A DNA stretch of 64,000 nucleotides from Verrucomicrobiales bacterium (GTDB taxonomy: Bacteria > Verrucomicrobiota > Verrucomicrobiia > Verrucomicrobiales > V1-33). The notes beneath the pieces are model-generated. The model was given only the letters and a program-made list of their open reading frames with translations. It did no database searches and was not told the origin of the DNA. The translations under genes and the position numbers were made by a program. The stretch lies in NCBI GenBank assembly GCA_031411295.1, contig JANOAV010000038.1, positions 32,001 through 96,000 of the forward strand. The letters run 5' to 3'. Positions 22,082 through 32,105 of the stretch are shown one piece after another (positions within the stretch are counted from its first letter, which is position 1; every line of letters starts with the position of its first letter).

Positions 22082-22139
22082 ATTCTGTAACAGAACACTC
22101 AGGCTGTGAATCCTAAAATGGTAACTGTTTGGTTGGATT
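22082..22139 (-). promoter_or_regulatory. Putative sigma70 promoter of the CotH operon with upstream motif copy 2
   Basis: Motif GTAACTGTTTGGTTGGATT (22121-22139), 10 nt gap, -35 TTCACA (22105-22110), 17 nt spacer, -10 CAGAAT (22082-22087). Confidence 0.6.
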
Positions 22140-22146
22140 TGAATTT

Positions 22147-22865
22147 CTACTCGTCGTCCTTGCGATGCCCTTTCCTCTCTGGGGATTTCTTTTCCCCAAG
22201 TTGGAGCGTTACACCTGTTTCCGGCAATGTGACCGTTGCTGTTTGTGAGTTGTGATTGGCAAAGAGGGCTGCAATCCACCATCCCGCCATGATTGCGATA
22301 ACGGCCCCCCCACAACCAATGAGCGGATGCGATCTGATCATCTTGCTCACCTGACTTCCTGCCCGTGATCATTGCCAGGGAGACGTTCTCCCGATGCCTA
22401 TACGTGTGCCAAGCCAAGCCAGCCAAATGGGAGCGCAATCAGAACGACCAGTCCCCAAGCGAAGATTTCATGCAGTTCCCTGACGATTTCTCCGCCGAAC
22501 CCAATGCCTGAAATGAACAGCGCAGGCACCAGCAGAAACATCAGCACAGCAGCCATGGCTGAGCCAGGATTATTCCCCGCGTAGAGTTTTGTCTTGGAGA
22601 AAACTGCACTCAGTAAATACTCCCGCACCTCGCGCGGTCGCACGGGAAAATTGGCGAAACGTGAGTATCGCGACCCTACGAATCCCATGACAACCTTAGC
22701 CACCAGCAGGGACAATGCGACAATCCCGCAGAGCATGTGCAGTTGAAATAACGGGTGATCGTCATCCAGCAAATATCCGATCCCCAGAGCCAGGGAGAGA
22801 GAAATGGCAAACGCCCAGTGGAACAGGCGGGAAGGAATATCCTAAACGAGAATTGGGCGCTTCAT
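22147..22865 (-). pseudogene. Cytochrome b561 / Ni-hydrogenase cytochrome b-like protein, disrupted
   Basis: MKRPILV*DIPSRLFHW has TAG where W/Y is expected in VWDxPxRxFHW. Heme-ligand His motifs (QLHM, LHE, HLAG). Two further frameshifts near 22430 and at C7 (22305-22311). Confidence 0.75.
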
Positions 22866-22962
22866 ATTCGTCGGAGGGTAACCAACTGTGCGGAATGTCA
22901 TAAGCTACGAACGTGGCTATGGTAAATTAGGAGCACGGCTAAGATTTTCCCATCACGCTACC

Positions 22963-22981
22963 GTAACAGTTTGGCAGGAAT
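22963..22981 (-). promoter_or_regulatory. Conserved upstream motif, copy 3
   Basis: GTAACAGTTTGGCAGGAAT; a -10-like TAATTT (22924-22929) lies 33 nt downstream on the - strand, the same register as copies 2 and 5. Confidence 0.45.
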
Positions 22982-23113
22982 ACCGATCATTCCGACCTAC
23001 CGCAAACCAGAAGTGCCTCTAACCTGCCCAGAGTCTCCGTTGTGACGGCAAATGGAACAACAACTCAGGCCCACTCTACGCAAAGCAACTCCGCCTTCGG
23101 GCGACGGTCAGGA

Positions 23114-23375
23114 GTTGGCTGCGGGGCGCTGCCGACTGGGGACAGTCGGCACACGTTCCTAGGAATGTGTCCTGACTGTCCTCAGCCAGGAACGATGGCG
23201 GAGCGGATCATGCTTTTTCCACTTTAGTCTGCCAGCCATCGCGCAATCAAAGCGGACGACCTTTTCTGTCAGTCAGCTTCGTTTGCCGAATCTGCCTCTT
23301 GAGCGTTCTGGGGTGGAGTGGTGTTAGCGGACTAACAGTCTGGGACTACTCGGCATGAATTTTCGTAAATCGTAT
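23114..23375. repeat. REP/REPIN-like repeat cluster 1 (blocks A then B)
   Basis: Block A (about 23114-23213) matches 27250-27350; block B (23221-23375) matches 27069-27223. Contains hairpins TGCCGACTG..CAGTCGGCA and GGACTAACAGTC. Confidence 0.8.
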
Positions 23376-23410
23376 TTCGTCAGTCGTTAATCGTAAATCC
23401 TTCGGGATCG

Positions 23411-26400
23411 TTACGGTGTGGTCACCCTAAGTTGCAGGAAACGTCGTTGGATGCCGATGTTAGTCAGGTCTCCTGAGTCGGTGAAATTTACCACGCCTGC
23501 GGTTTCGGTGAGGGTGGTGCCGGGCGCGTTGATCCAGCCGGTGGCATCGGTCCAAGTGGCTAACGTGGTCCAGTTGACGGGCTGTAAATCGGTGGAGGTG
23601 AGGATTGTCAGGGTAACATCGGTGGCTGCTGGGTTGCGGGGGAATTGCAGCGTCATGAAGTTTCCGCCGTGTCCGCCCACCGGGTGGGTGGTGGGGTTCG
23701 GGAGGGTAGGGTTGGTGCCCAAGGCGTATTCGTAGAGGTTGGTCCGGCCATCGTTGTCTGGGTCCGCCAAGTTTGCTGCGTTACCCGTGTTAGTGGCGGT
23801 GGGTCCAAAGAAGCTTTGCCGCCAGGTTTCGATGGGCACAGGGGGCGTGCCGGTGATGAACACGAGGGTATTGCCGGTGATTTTGAATACACCGGTTACG
23901 CCTGCGGCTAAATTGGTGGCCGTGAAGTCCGCAGTGGTGCAATCCGTGCTGCCAAAGCTGATCAACGGATAGGTGAATCCATTGGCTCCGGTGCCCGTGA
24001 AATCAAAGGTGTGCGGCTGCCGATACTTCCTTTCCGCAATGGACCTGCGCCCAAGACTACCTTATCGGCACTGGCCGAGGCTGCGCTTAAATTATAGACC
24101 ATGGTGCCGCCGCCGTGCCACGTGCAACCCGCTGCGCTCAGTGTGCCGATTCCGCCCTTGCCGGGTGAAACTTTGCCGCCGTTTTCCAAGATGATGTGGC
24201 TGGTGGCTCCTGCTCCGGCCAGGGTGGCTCCAGTTAGGACTTCCGTGGCGATGCCAGTGATGGAGCCAGTAACCAGGAGAGTTCCATTCTGCACCCAGGT
24301 GCCGCCCTGGTAGGTGTTGGTGCCGGTGAGTTCCAGAGTGCCATCCCCGGACTTCAGGAGATCATTGTAAATCGTGCCGCTGAGCAAGCCTGACATGATG
24401 GCGGAGTCTGTGGTAACGGCGGGATTATCAATCACGCGGATTTCGCGATAGCTAAATTTCACCGTGGCTTCGGTCGAGTTCAGTTGGAAATCATCTATCA
24501 GTGTCACGACGCGATCCGCCCGCGTGCTGCCAAGGATCAAGGCGGCATTGGATTGCACGAAGCCAGGATCTTCCCATGGGATCAAGGTGGCTCCGGGGGA
24601 TTGCAGATCCACCGTGACATCGGCCCCGATGGCTGCGAATCCGCCGCTGCCACGGTCCTCGGAAATGGCTGCGGGTGGCACGGCAGTGTCGAACTCAGAC
24701 CAGTTGATGGCACCAGCCACGAAGCCCAAGGGCCGGGAAAAGGTGCCGCCACCGGTCAACTCTAACACGCCACCGCGAAACTTTATTTCGCCCCCGGGCA
24801 ATGAACTGCCTGCCTGGGCGCGCACGGCTCCGCCTTGGATAATCAAGGGCTGGGTCAGCGCGCTGTTGGCTCCGGTGAGCGCCAGCACGCCGTCACCTGC
24901 TTTCACAAGCACCTGATTCGGCATGGCGGCACTAACGGTAAGTTTCGCCTGGGCCACATGATAGTAGTGTGTCCCGGTCCCACCCAGCAGACCGGGGCCC
25001 GCAATGGTGAAATCATTGTTGCCCGCTAGAATCATGGCGGGAACGATCAAGGTGCGGCCACTATTCAGAGTTAGCGTGGAGCCCGCTGCCGTGGGGGCAA
25101 GCTTGAGAGAGTTCAGCGTGATATTTGCCGCCATGGCCGTGGTGGCGGTGAGCAGCGCATTGGCTGTGGGTGCAGTAGCCGCGGGGAATGCGGTGGTGGT
25201 GGCTGCCGTCACTCCATTGGTGACATTGTAACCGGCAAAGTCGGTGCCGTTGACCGTAGCAAAGCCCACGGGTCCTGTGCCCAGGCTGTTTGTGATCAGC
25301 GTATTGAGCAACACCGGGGCGGTGGTAAACATGACGCGGGGAGTATTCCCTGGGGAGCCCAACGCCAGGGCGGCACCAGCTGCATTGCTGGCGCTAAAGT
25401 CAATCGTAGCCGTCTGGGCCACGGTGGTAACATCACGACTTATGGAGCCACACGTCAGCACGGTGGGCGCGCTGGTGGATGCATGCGCCAGGGCAACTCT
25501 AACCTGGCCGCTGCGACCTTTGCTGGCGGAACCTAACTGCACCCGACCGATCGTTTCCGTGGTGCCAGCGGCATTCCCGACCAAGCGGAAGGTCCCGCCG
25601 CCGTTCGTGTCCAGGCCAGTGGAGGTGCCGGAAGCATCCCGCAGGCGATTCGTGTTATTCACAGCAGTGTTGTCCAGTTTCAGGGTGCCGCCATCCAGCG
25701 TAATGGCCCCCTGCGTTTGACTACCCAACGAGGCCGCTCCGCTCAACGTTAGTTTACCACCCACTACCACATCCTTGTTCAGGTCCAGCGTGCCGCTCAG
25801 GATTTGCTCCCCCGGTCCGCGCACCACCAGGGCACCACCCGTGCCGCCCGTGCCCGTGGGCGGTCCCAGCCTGATCCCGCCAGCATAGGTGCCACTGCTA
25901 ATGGCTTGGATGACGATGTTTTCCGTGGAGGTATTTGTGCCAGTGACTTGTGACTGCACCAGGCCAGCGTTTCCGGTTAGGGTTCCGACACGCAATTCCG
26001 AAGAACAGGTGAGTAGCGCAGTGGGATCAGTTAGGGTGACAGGATTGAGCCGCAGGGCCGTGATGCCTGAGAAGGCGTTGTTGTTAAATCTCACCGTGCC
26101 ACCATTGATCGTCAGTCGCCCCATCCACGTATTGTCCGAGGGCACACCCGTGGCTGGCAGAACGGGCACTGGCGTTCCGAAACGAAACGTGCTGGCCCCA
26201 TTTTTCGTGATGTCATACAGTCCACTGATGCCCAGGTTCATTGTCACCGGCCCCAACCCATCGCCCTGCAAGGTCAGCGGAGCCTTGAGGTCGAAAGGGA
26301 CGTCCATCGTGATGGCACCCGCATTGAGTTGACGCAGACTGGGCGCAATTCCACCAAACGCGAGTTGGGACCCGGGAGCACTGCTCACGATCATCGGAGG

Positions 26401-26736
26401 ATCCGTCGCCAGCCCAGCCACGTCGGTTAAATTAAACTGCAGGGCGTTCAGCTTAAAGCTGCCCGCCACGTCGCTTGTAGAGGTATAGTTAGGGGCAGTC
26501 CCTGCGGTGATCCCCACATCTCCCGAGAATTGCAGCAAGTCCGTGAAATCATTGCCCAGTGGAGCAGTGCCACCCCACGCGCTGGGATCACTCCAAGCAG
26601 CGGTGGTGTTATTCCAAGTAAACGTCCCGCCGTGGGAAATGTTGGGCAGGAAGCCATGCAGCGCAAAGCAAGCAGTGGCGAGTGGTAGGAAACTGACGCG
26701 ATGTGAGGGAGGGAATGAAGCGGGCACGGGAAGCAA
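23411..26736 (-). CDS. Secreted autotransporter-associated beta-strand repeat protein without beta-barrel; frameshift near 24015
   Basis: PATR motif LLKSGDGTLELTGTNTYQGGTWVQNGTL. Adding one C gives GSPHTFDFTGTG...YPLISF, joining the 23411-23965 ORF that carries DPDNDGRTNLYEYALGTNP and the C-terminal module. Confidence 0.8.
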
Positions 26737-26860
26737 TGGTTACAACTTTGTTTCCACCTCTTTGTCATAATTTGCCATTTATGTCACGTTGCAACGCTCT
26801 AATGTAACTGAACTGTTACTAAAATGGCTCCGGCCTAGATTATTCGTCTGACAAATGTAA

Positions 26861-27028
26861 ATGATCGGCCCAATGGGTGAAGTTTCCGCGCAGTAACTCA
26901 TTGACGCCATCAACACCACTTCCGCCAGCAGCAACGGTGTGCCGCTGCTGCTCCCAGCGCAGCCGAATCCCACGATCCTGGATGTGGCGGCCAAGCTGGA
27001 TGAGTTGATTCAGGCGCTGCGGAGGTAG
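26861..27028 (+). pseudogene. Remnant of a small protein ending KLDELIQALRR
   Basis: MIGPMGEVSAQ*LIDAINTTSASSNGV...KLDELIQALRR*, with internal TAA at 26894. Resembles, from memory, the C-terminus of small collagen-like verrucomicrobial proteins. Confidence 0.45.
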
Positions 27029-27058
27029 CGACGGGCTGAGGGCGGAGGACAGCGCTGT

Positions 27059-27458
27059 GTAGTCCCGGACTTTAGTCCGCCAGCCATCGCGTCCTCCATG
27101 TGGACCAGATTCTTTGTCTGGCGGTTTCGTTTGCCGAATCTGCCTCTTGAGCGTTCTGGGGTGGATTGGTGTTAGCGGACTAACAGTCCGGGACTACTCG
27201 GCATGAGTTTTCGTAAATCGTATCCTTCGGGGCTTTCGTCCCTCGGCGGGTTGGCTGCGGGGTGCTGCCGACTGAGGACAGTCGGCACACGTTCCTAAGA
27301 ATGTGTCCTGGCTGTCCTCAGCTGGGAACGATGGCCAGTGGGATCATGCTTGTTCAACATGAAAAGAACATCCGCTGGAGTCCCGTCTTTAGACGGTGGA
27401 TCATGATGGGCTCATACTGCGGGCTGGGCGGGGGGCTCCGGTTGAAGCCGGGACTCCA
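27059..27458. repeat. REP/REPIN-like repeat cluster 2 (three palindrome families)
   Basis: Inverted pair GTAGTCCCGGACTTTAGTCCGC (27059-27080) / GCGGACTAACAGTCCGGGACTAC (27175-27197); TGCCGACTGAGGACAGTCGGCACAC (27266-27290); pair TGGAGTCCCGTCTTTAGACGG (27376-27396) / CCGGTTGAAGCCGGGACTCCA (27438-27458). Confidence 0.85.
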
Positions 27459-27596
27459 ACGAATGTTGCGGGCTTGAAATTTCGTAAACCGATCTGCCGC
27501 CAGAGCGAAAAGCTTGCAGCATTCTCGCTCTACAAATGCGCGAACGCCCATTCTACCAGGCATGGCGCGGGTCTCGTTACCTGCTCGCCCTCTACG

Positions 27597-28988
27597 TTAG
27601 TAATTTCCCAAGCGCTTCACGACTTGTAGTGGCAACTGGGCGGAGACGGTTTGGTAGTAGGCTTGGGCGGCTGGGGCGTCGAACTCTTTCCAGCGGCGGA
27701 GCAAGGCGGTTAGACTGTCGGTGAGGGCGTTGGGGTCGGTTATTTTGGAGGCGATATCGAGGGCCTTGAGGGGTTCGTTCTCGACGATCATTTCACTGGC
27801 ATCGGTGCGGATGCGGTCGGCATCCGGGCCGGCGGGTTGTTGCTCGACCCATTTAGTTAAATTGGTGGGGGAAACGGCGGCCCAGGTGCGGACGACGTTG
27901 TCCAGGGCATCGCTGGATTCCTTGGTGGTGGGCAAGCCAACAACCCATGTTAGTGCTTTCTCGGGTTCCAAGCCTGCCCAAGTCTCGGCAATGGCAGGGA
28001 TGGCGCTGGCGCGTGTTTCCCCTGCGGGAAATTTGGCCGCCCAGGCAGCGGTAACTTCGGGCGCGCTGGTGGCCCACATAGATAGCAGTGTGGCAGCCGC
28101 TTCGGGTTGATGCTTAGGATCAAGAGACTTCACCCAGGTGGAGGCCGCAGTGGGATCCTGGGCCCCCCAAGATTGGATCAAGGCATCTACAATCTCTGGC
28201 GCATCTGTGGTGTTGAGCTTCGTCTTCACCCAGGCGGCGGCCTCGGTGCGCGCTTGTTCGGTCCATTCCGTGGCGAGGCGTGAGAGGGCGGAGTTGCGGC
28301 GGTTTTTATCCGGGAAGGCTTCCGCCCAGTGTGCCGCAGCAGCGGGATCAATGGCGGCCCAGGAGCTGAGCACTTTGCTGAGAGCGGCATCGGACAAGGT
28401 GCCGCCGGGGAGCGAGGCAACCCATGCAGAAGCGGCTTGGGGATCGCGTGCGGCCCAGAGTTCGGCAATGAAGGCATTGGATTCGGCGGCTACCGGGCCG
28501 TGAAGATTGGTAGCGACAAATTTGCTAGCAGCAGCAGGATCCTTTTCCGCCCAGCCGGCACAGGCGGCGGCAATGGTAGTCTTCTGCTGATCTCCCACGG
28601 GCAGGGTTTGGGCTTGAGCCAGGGCGGCAGCGGGATCCTGCTGGGCCCAGGCCTTCATCAAGGCGCGGAGAAATTCGGTGCGGTCTGCGTAGTTAGTAAT
28701 GCCCATGCCAACTTCCCATGCGTGCCGGGGATCCTTGGCTGCGAGTTGGCGCGCAAGATCACCCAGCGCACGGGAGCGATCTTCAAAGGAAACGGTCTCC
28801 AAAGCAGTCTTTAAATTTGGCTCCCCTGCGGAGACAACGGCAGGCTGCGGGGCAGGCGAGGTGCTTGCTGCTGGAGGAGTCTGCTTGGTGGAAGAAACAA
28901 CAGTTGCCGCTGGCCAATAGCGCATGGCGAGCGCGCCTGCGGTGGTTCCGAAGACAAGGACGAGCAAATGGGTGGCGGCAGATTTCAT
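27597..28988 (-). CDS. Membrane-anchored helical-repeat protein (WAxxDPxAAxxW repeats), paralog 1
   Basis: N-terminal TM/signal, Pro/Ala linker, about 10 repeats of ~32 aa (e.g. WAQQDPAAAL, WAARDPQAASAW, WGAQDPTAASTW). Confidence 0.8.
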   Translation of the reverse strand: MKSAATHLLVLVFGTTAGALAMRYWPAATVVSSTKQTPPAASTSPAPQPAVVSAGEPNLKTALETVSFEDRSRALGDLARQLAAKDPRHAWEVGMGITNYADRTEFLRALMKAWAQQDPAAALAQAQTLPVGDQQKTTIAAACAGWAEKDPAAASKFVATNLHGPVAAESNAFIAELWAARDPQAASAWVASLPGGTLSDAALSKVLSSWAAIDPAAAAHWAEAFPDKNRRNSALSRLATEWTEQARTEAAAWVKTKLNTTDAPEIVDALIQSWGAQDPTAASTWVKSLDPKHQPEAAATLLSMWATSAPEVTAAWAAKFPAGETRASAIPAIAETWAGLEPEKALTWVVGLPTTKESSDALDNVVRTWAAVSPTNLTKWVEQQPAGPDADRIRTDASEMIVENEPLKALDIASKITDPNALTDSLTALLRRWKEFDAPAAQAYYQTVSAQLPLQVVKRLGNY

Positions 28989-29056
28989 GGCAAAGTAGGG
29001 GAAATGAGAAGGATACGGCTTGGGGAGGGATCAATGAGGAGGAACCCTTGCGAATT

Positions 29057-29089
29057 GCTGGGCACCGCCTGGTCGAGGCGGTGCCCAGC
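29057..29089 (-). terminator. Perfect 14-bp hairpin downstream of Asp-rich gene 1 (no U-tract)
   Basis: GCTGGGCACCGCCT-ggtcg-AGGCGGTGCCCAGC. Confidence 0.55.
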
Positions 29090-29136
29090 TGGAGTGCTAG
29101 CTCCGAGGCGCAAATCAGGTCTGCGACCAGATTAAC

Positions 29137-30075
29137 TTAAGGGACGGTGGGAGGAACAACTACGACATCGTCGTCGTCGTCTTCTGTTTCGTCGTCATTG
29201 TCACCATTGTGGCCACCGTCGTGGTTGCCGTCATGGTGGTGTCCGTCGTCGTCGATGCCGTCATGGTCATCGTCGTCGTCGTCGTCGTTATCGGCGGTGC
29301 CGTCATGATCGTCGTCGTCATCTGCATCGGCAGTGCCGTCGCCATCATCGTCGTCATCCACGCCATCTTTGTGGCCGTCACCATCGGTGTCGTCTTCGTC
29401 AGCGTCAGCGTTTAGTTTGCCGTCGCCATCAACGTCGTCTTCGGCCACGGCATTATCTGCCAGACCGTCTCCGTCGATGTCGTCTTCGGCACTGGCGTCA
29501 TCGGCCTTGCCGTCACCATCGATGTCGGTTTCCGTGGCGGAGTCGTCGTCTTTGCCGTCGCCATCGATGTCGGTTTCGTTGAGGCTGTCGTCTTGGCGGC
29601 CATCACCATCTTCGTCAGTTTCCGTAGCGGCATCGTCGGCTTTGCCGTCACCATCGATGTCGGTTTCGTTGGCCGCGTCATCAGCCTTGGCATCGCCATC
29701 GATGTCGGTTTCCGTGGCGGCGTCATCTTTCTTGCCATCGCCATCGATATCCGTTTCAGCGAGGGAGTCGTCCTTCAGGCCGTCGCCATCGATGTCCAAT
29801 TCCTTGGGGTCATCGTTGTTGAGACGGTCTCCGATGAAGCGGCCTTTGAAGGGGCCACTGCGGGCGATGCCGCCATCGACATTGGGATCACGGCCATTGG
29901 GGATGCCGTCATTGTCCACGTCTGGATCGACGATGTTGGCGATACCATCACCATCGAGATCGTCAGCGGGGTTCACTTTGGCTTGGGCTTTGCCAAGTCC
30001 CAGAGCAACGGTCACAGCAGCCAGAATGACTGCGGAGCGGAAGCCCTGTGCGGGTTTGAGTAGTTTGGTTTTCAT
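29137..30075 (-). CDS. Secreted Asp-rich DxDxDG (TSP3-like) repeat protein 1
   Basis: Signal peptide ending AQA; about 10 copies of a 15-aa unit ETDIDGDGKxDDxAx; poly-Asp and His-containing tail. Confidence 0.85.
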   Translation of the reverse strand: MKTKLLKPAQGFRSAVILAAVTVALGLGKAQAKVNPADDLDGDGIANIVDPDVDNDGIPNGRDPNVDGGIARSGPFKGRFIGDRLNNDDPKELDIDGDGLKDDSLAETDIDGDGKKDDAATETDIDGDAKADDAANETDIDGDGKADDAATETDEDGDGRQDDSLNETDIDGDGKDDDSATETDIDGDGKADDASAEDDIDGDGLADNAVAEDDVDGDGKLNADADEDDTDGDGHKDGVDDDDDGDGTADADDDDDHDGTADNDDDDDDDHDGIDDDGHHHDGNHDGGHNGDNDDETEDDDDDVVVVPPTVP

Positions 30076-30291
30076 GTGGTTTATTCGGTTTGTTTTTTCC
30101 CACTGGGGTTTATACTGTCATAGTTTCTAGCGAAACAGGCGGGGCTTCGGCTTAGTCTTTTGGACTAGCCGGGGCTCCGTCGTTGATCTCAGTAGCGAAT
30201 CTGAGATCTTTTTCCGCCCCTGCTGCAGTGGGAACCGGCAGAAGCGAGAAAGGGTGATGATGGAACAAGAAATTTGCATCAGAAGACGTGC

Positions 30292-31956
30292 TTAAGATTT
30301 TGTTAGTTGCAGGCGCGCGAAGCGACGCATGGTGGAAGGAGCCGGATCCGTGGCCTCGACCCATTCCCATTCCGCGGTGAGCGGCGTGATCGTGAGGGAG
30401 GCACCGACCGGAGTGTCCCAGGAAGTTAAATCGGAGCTGAACTGCGGGGCATAGGTCACACCTCCAGCATTCAGGCCACGGCGGCGGAGGAAACGGAATT
30501 TATAGACGGGTGGCTGGCTGTCATGATTCAGTGTTTGATAGGGCAGCATGCCGTTGCCAGACTGGGTGGTGGTGACAGCATTGGTGCCGGGGATGAACTC
30601 TGGCCGGGCATTGCTCTGGGGATCCAAGTTGAGGGCAAATTCCAACAAGTTATTCAGGCCGTCGCCATCCGCATCAGCCGTGGGGAGCGCATCCGGTCCG
30701 ACGAGCAAATTATCAACTGCCCAGCTCGCGAAGGCGTCTTTCGTGATGCTCACGGTGGCGGTGGAAACCACGCTGACGCTATTGCCCACGGCGTCTGTCA
30801 GATCCAGTAAGATCGTGGCTACTCCTGCGACGGAATTCGTTGGCACCGTCAGGGGGATTTTGTAAGTTCCGTTGGTGGCAGAACCACTGGTGCGCTGGTT
30901 CAGCAGGAAATCGCTGGTGGCGACAATTTCCACCTGATTAGGACCGGCTGGCAGCGCCAGGGAAATCGTGCCAGCCTTGAAGCCGCTGAGGTTATCCGCA
31001 ATAATCAGGGTGGTATTAAATGTTGCGTCAGCGCTGGTCACGTCCACCGTCGCAAGTGCCGGAACGGCCGATATTAGGGTGGGCGCTGCGAGGTCAACGC
31101 TGCCCGTATTGGTAACGGGAAGACCAGCCCCCAAGGCTGCGGGAAGGCTCTGCCAGCCGAACCCTCCAACCACGAAGACATAATCGGGATCACTTACTGT
31201 CGTGGCTAAAGAAATGGCAAACGGCAGCGTCCCTGGCGGGGTATACCGCGGCACGGTGAATCGAAGTTGATAGGTGCCAGCGGTGGTCGTGCCGGAAATG
31301 CGATCAGTATCAGAAAACGGGGAGACTGTCAGCAGGGCGCCTTTCGGGGTGTAGAGTTCGAAAAGCCCCGTGCTCAGCGGATTGCCACTGGCAATGGTAA
31401 ACTGCACCGTAACGTTGACGTTGGCGGAGGTTACGTTGGCTGGAGTTGCGCTGTAAGTTACATTGGTAACTAAATTTGCCGGTGCGCCCACGCTCTGTAG
31501 ATTCAAGGAAATATTTCCCGTCGCCCCCTGAAATCCCTGCACCGCAATGGCATAAACCACGCCCGCCGTGGCCTCGAAGCGCACTCGACTGGTGGACACC
31601 TGACCAGGGAGCACTGGGTCATCATCATCTGCTGCCACCCGCACCAGAGCGGTCATCGCAGCTGACTTATAAACTGCCAAAATGGTATCGAAATCACTGC
31701 CCGTTGTCGCCAGTTCGAACCAGCCCGTGGCAGGCGCTGTCCACGACCACCAGACGGAGGCCCCCGCAGCATCATTCGGCAGAGGTGCGGGCTCGCCCAC
31801 TTCTGCGGTAGCGCCAAGATTGTTGCCCGTCGCATTGATGGGGGCCCCTGTGAGAGCTGTGGCACTTGCCAAACCGTCATTTGCCGGAACCGCCACGGCG
31901 CTTGTGGAAAGCGCTAAGGAAAACAATGTAAATATTATAATGTGGGAGAGGCTCAC
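30292..31956 (-). CDS. Secreted protein with PPC-like N-terminal domain, Ig-like domains and C-terminal module
   Basis: Signal peptide; PAND...GATAEVGEP...SVWWSWTAP...TTGSDFDTILAVY; DADGDGLNNLLEFALNLDP; QFSSDLTSW...RRFARL. Confidence 0.8.
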   Translation of the reverse strand: MSLSHIIIFTLFSLALSTSAVAVPANDGLASATALTGAPINATGNNLGATAEVGEPAPLPNDAAGASVWWSWTAPATGWFELATTGSDFDTILAVYKSAAMTALVRVAADDDDPVLPGQVSTSRVRFEATAGVVYAIAVQGFQGATGNISLNLQSVGAPANLVTNVTYSATPANVTSANVNVTVQFTIASGNPLSTGLFELYTPKGALLTVSPFSDTDRISGTTTAGTYQLRFTVPRYTPPGTLPFAISLATTVSDPDYVFVVGGFGWQSLPAALGAGLPVTNTGSVDLAAPTLISAVPALATVDVTSADATFNTTLIIADNLSGFKAGTISLALPAGPNQVEIVATSDFLLNQRTSGSATNGTYKIPLTVPTNSVAGVATILLDLTDAVGNSVSVVSTATVSITKDAFASWAVDNLLVGPDALPTADADGDGLNNLLEFALNLDPQSNARPEFIPGTNAVTTTQSGNGMLPYQTLNHDSQPPVYKFRFLRRRGLNAGGVTYAPQFSSDLTSWDTPVGASLTITPLTAEWEWVEATDPAPSTMRRFARLQLTKS

Positions 31957-32086
31957 GAGAGTTCGGATGTGGAATAATCTGGCGCTCAGCAGAGTAGCAG
32001 GGGAATGCTCTTGGGGCTGTGCGAAGATCGTTTTGGAGTGACAGTTCGACTCTCTCAGAATCTGCTGAAATTACAATTTATGTAGC

Positions 32087-32105
32087 GTAACCAAACGGTC
32101 AGATT
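32087..32105 (-). promoter_or_regulatory. Conserved upstream motif, copy 4 (overlaps the kinase stop codon)
   Basis: GTAACCAAACGGTCAGATT, 10 nt gap, then -35-like TTGTAA (32071-32076) on the - strand. The -10 is weak. Confidence 0.5.

Noticed and set aside
29137..29175. PEP-CTERM signal in Asp-rich protein 1 (VVVVPPTVP)
   Set aside because: No PEP motif, TM helix or basic tail follows.
29333..30130. Ser-rich + strand ORF (likewise 35254-36159)
   Set aside because: Antisense shadow of GAC/GAT-rich Asp repeats. The - strand ORF has a signal peptide and a paralog.
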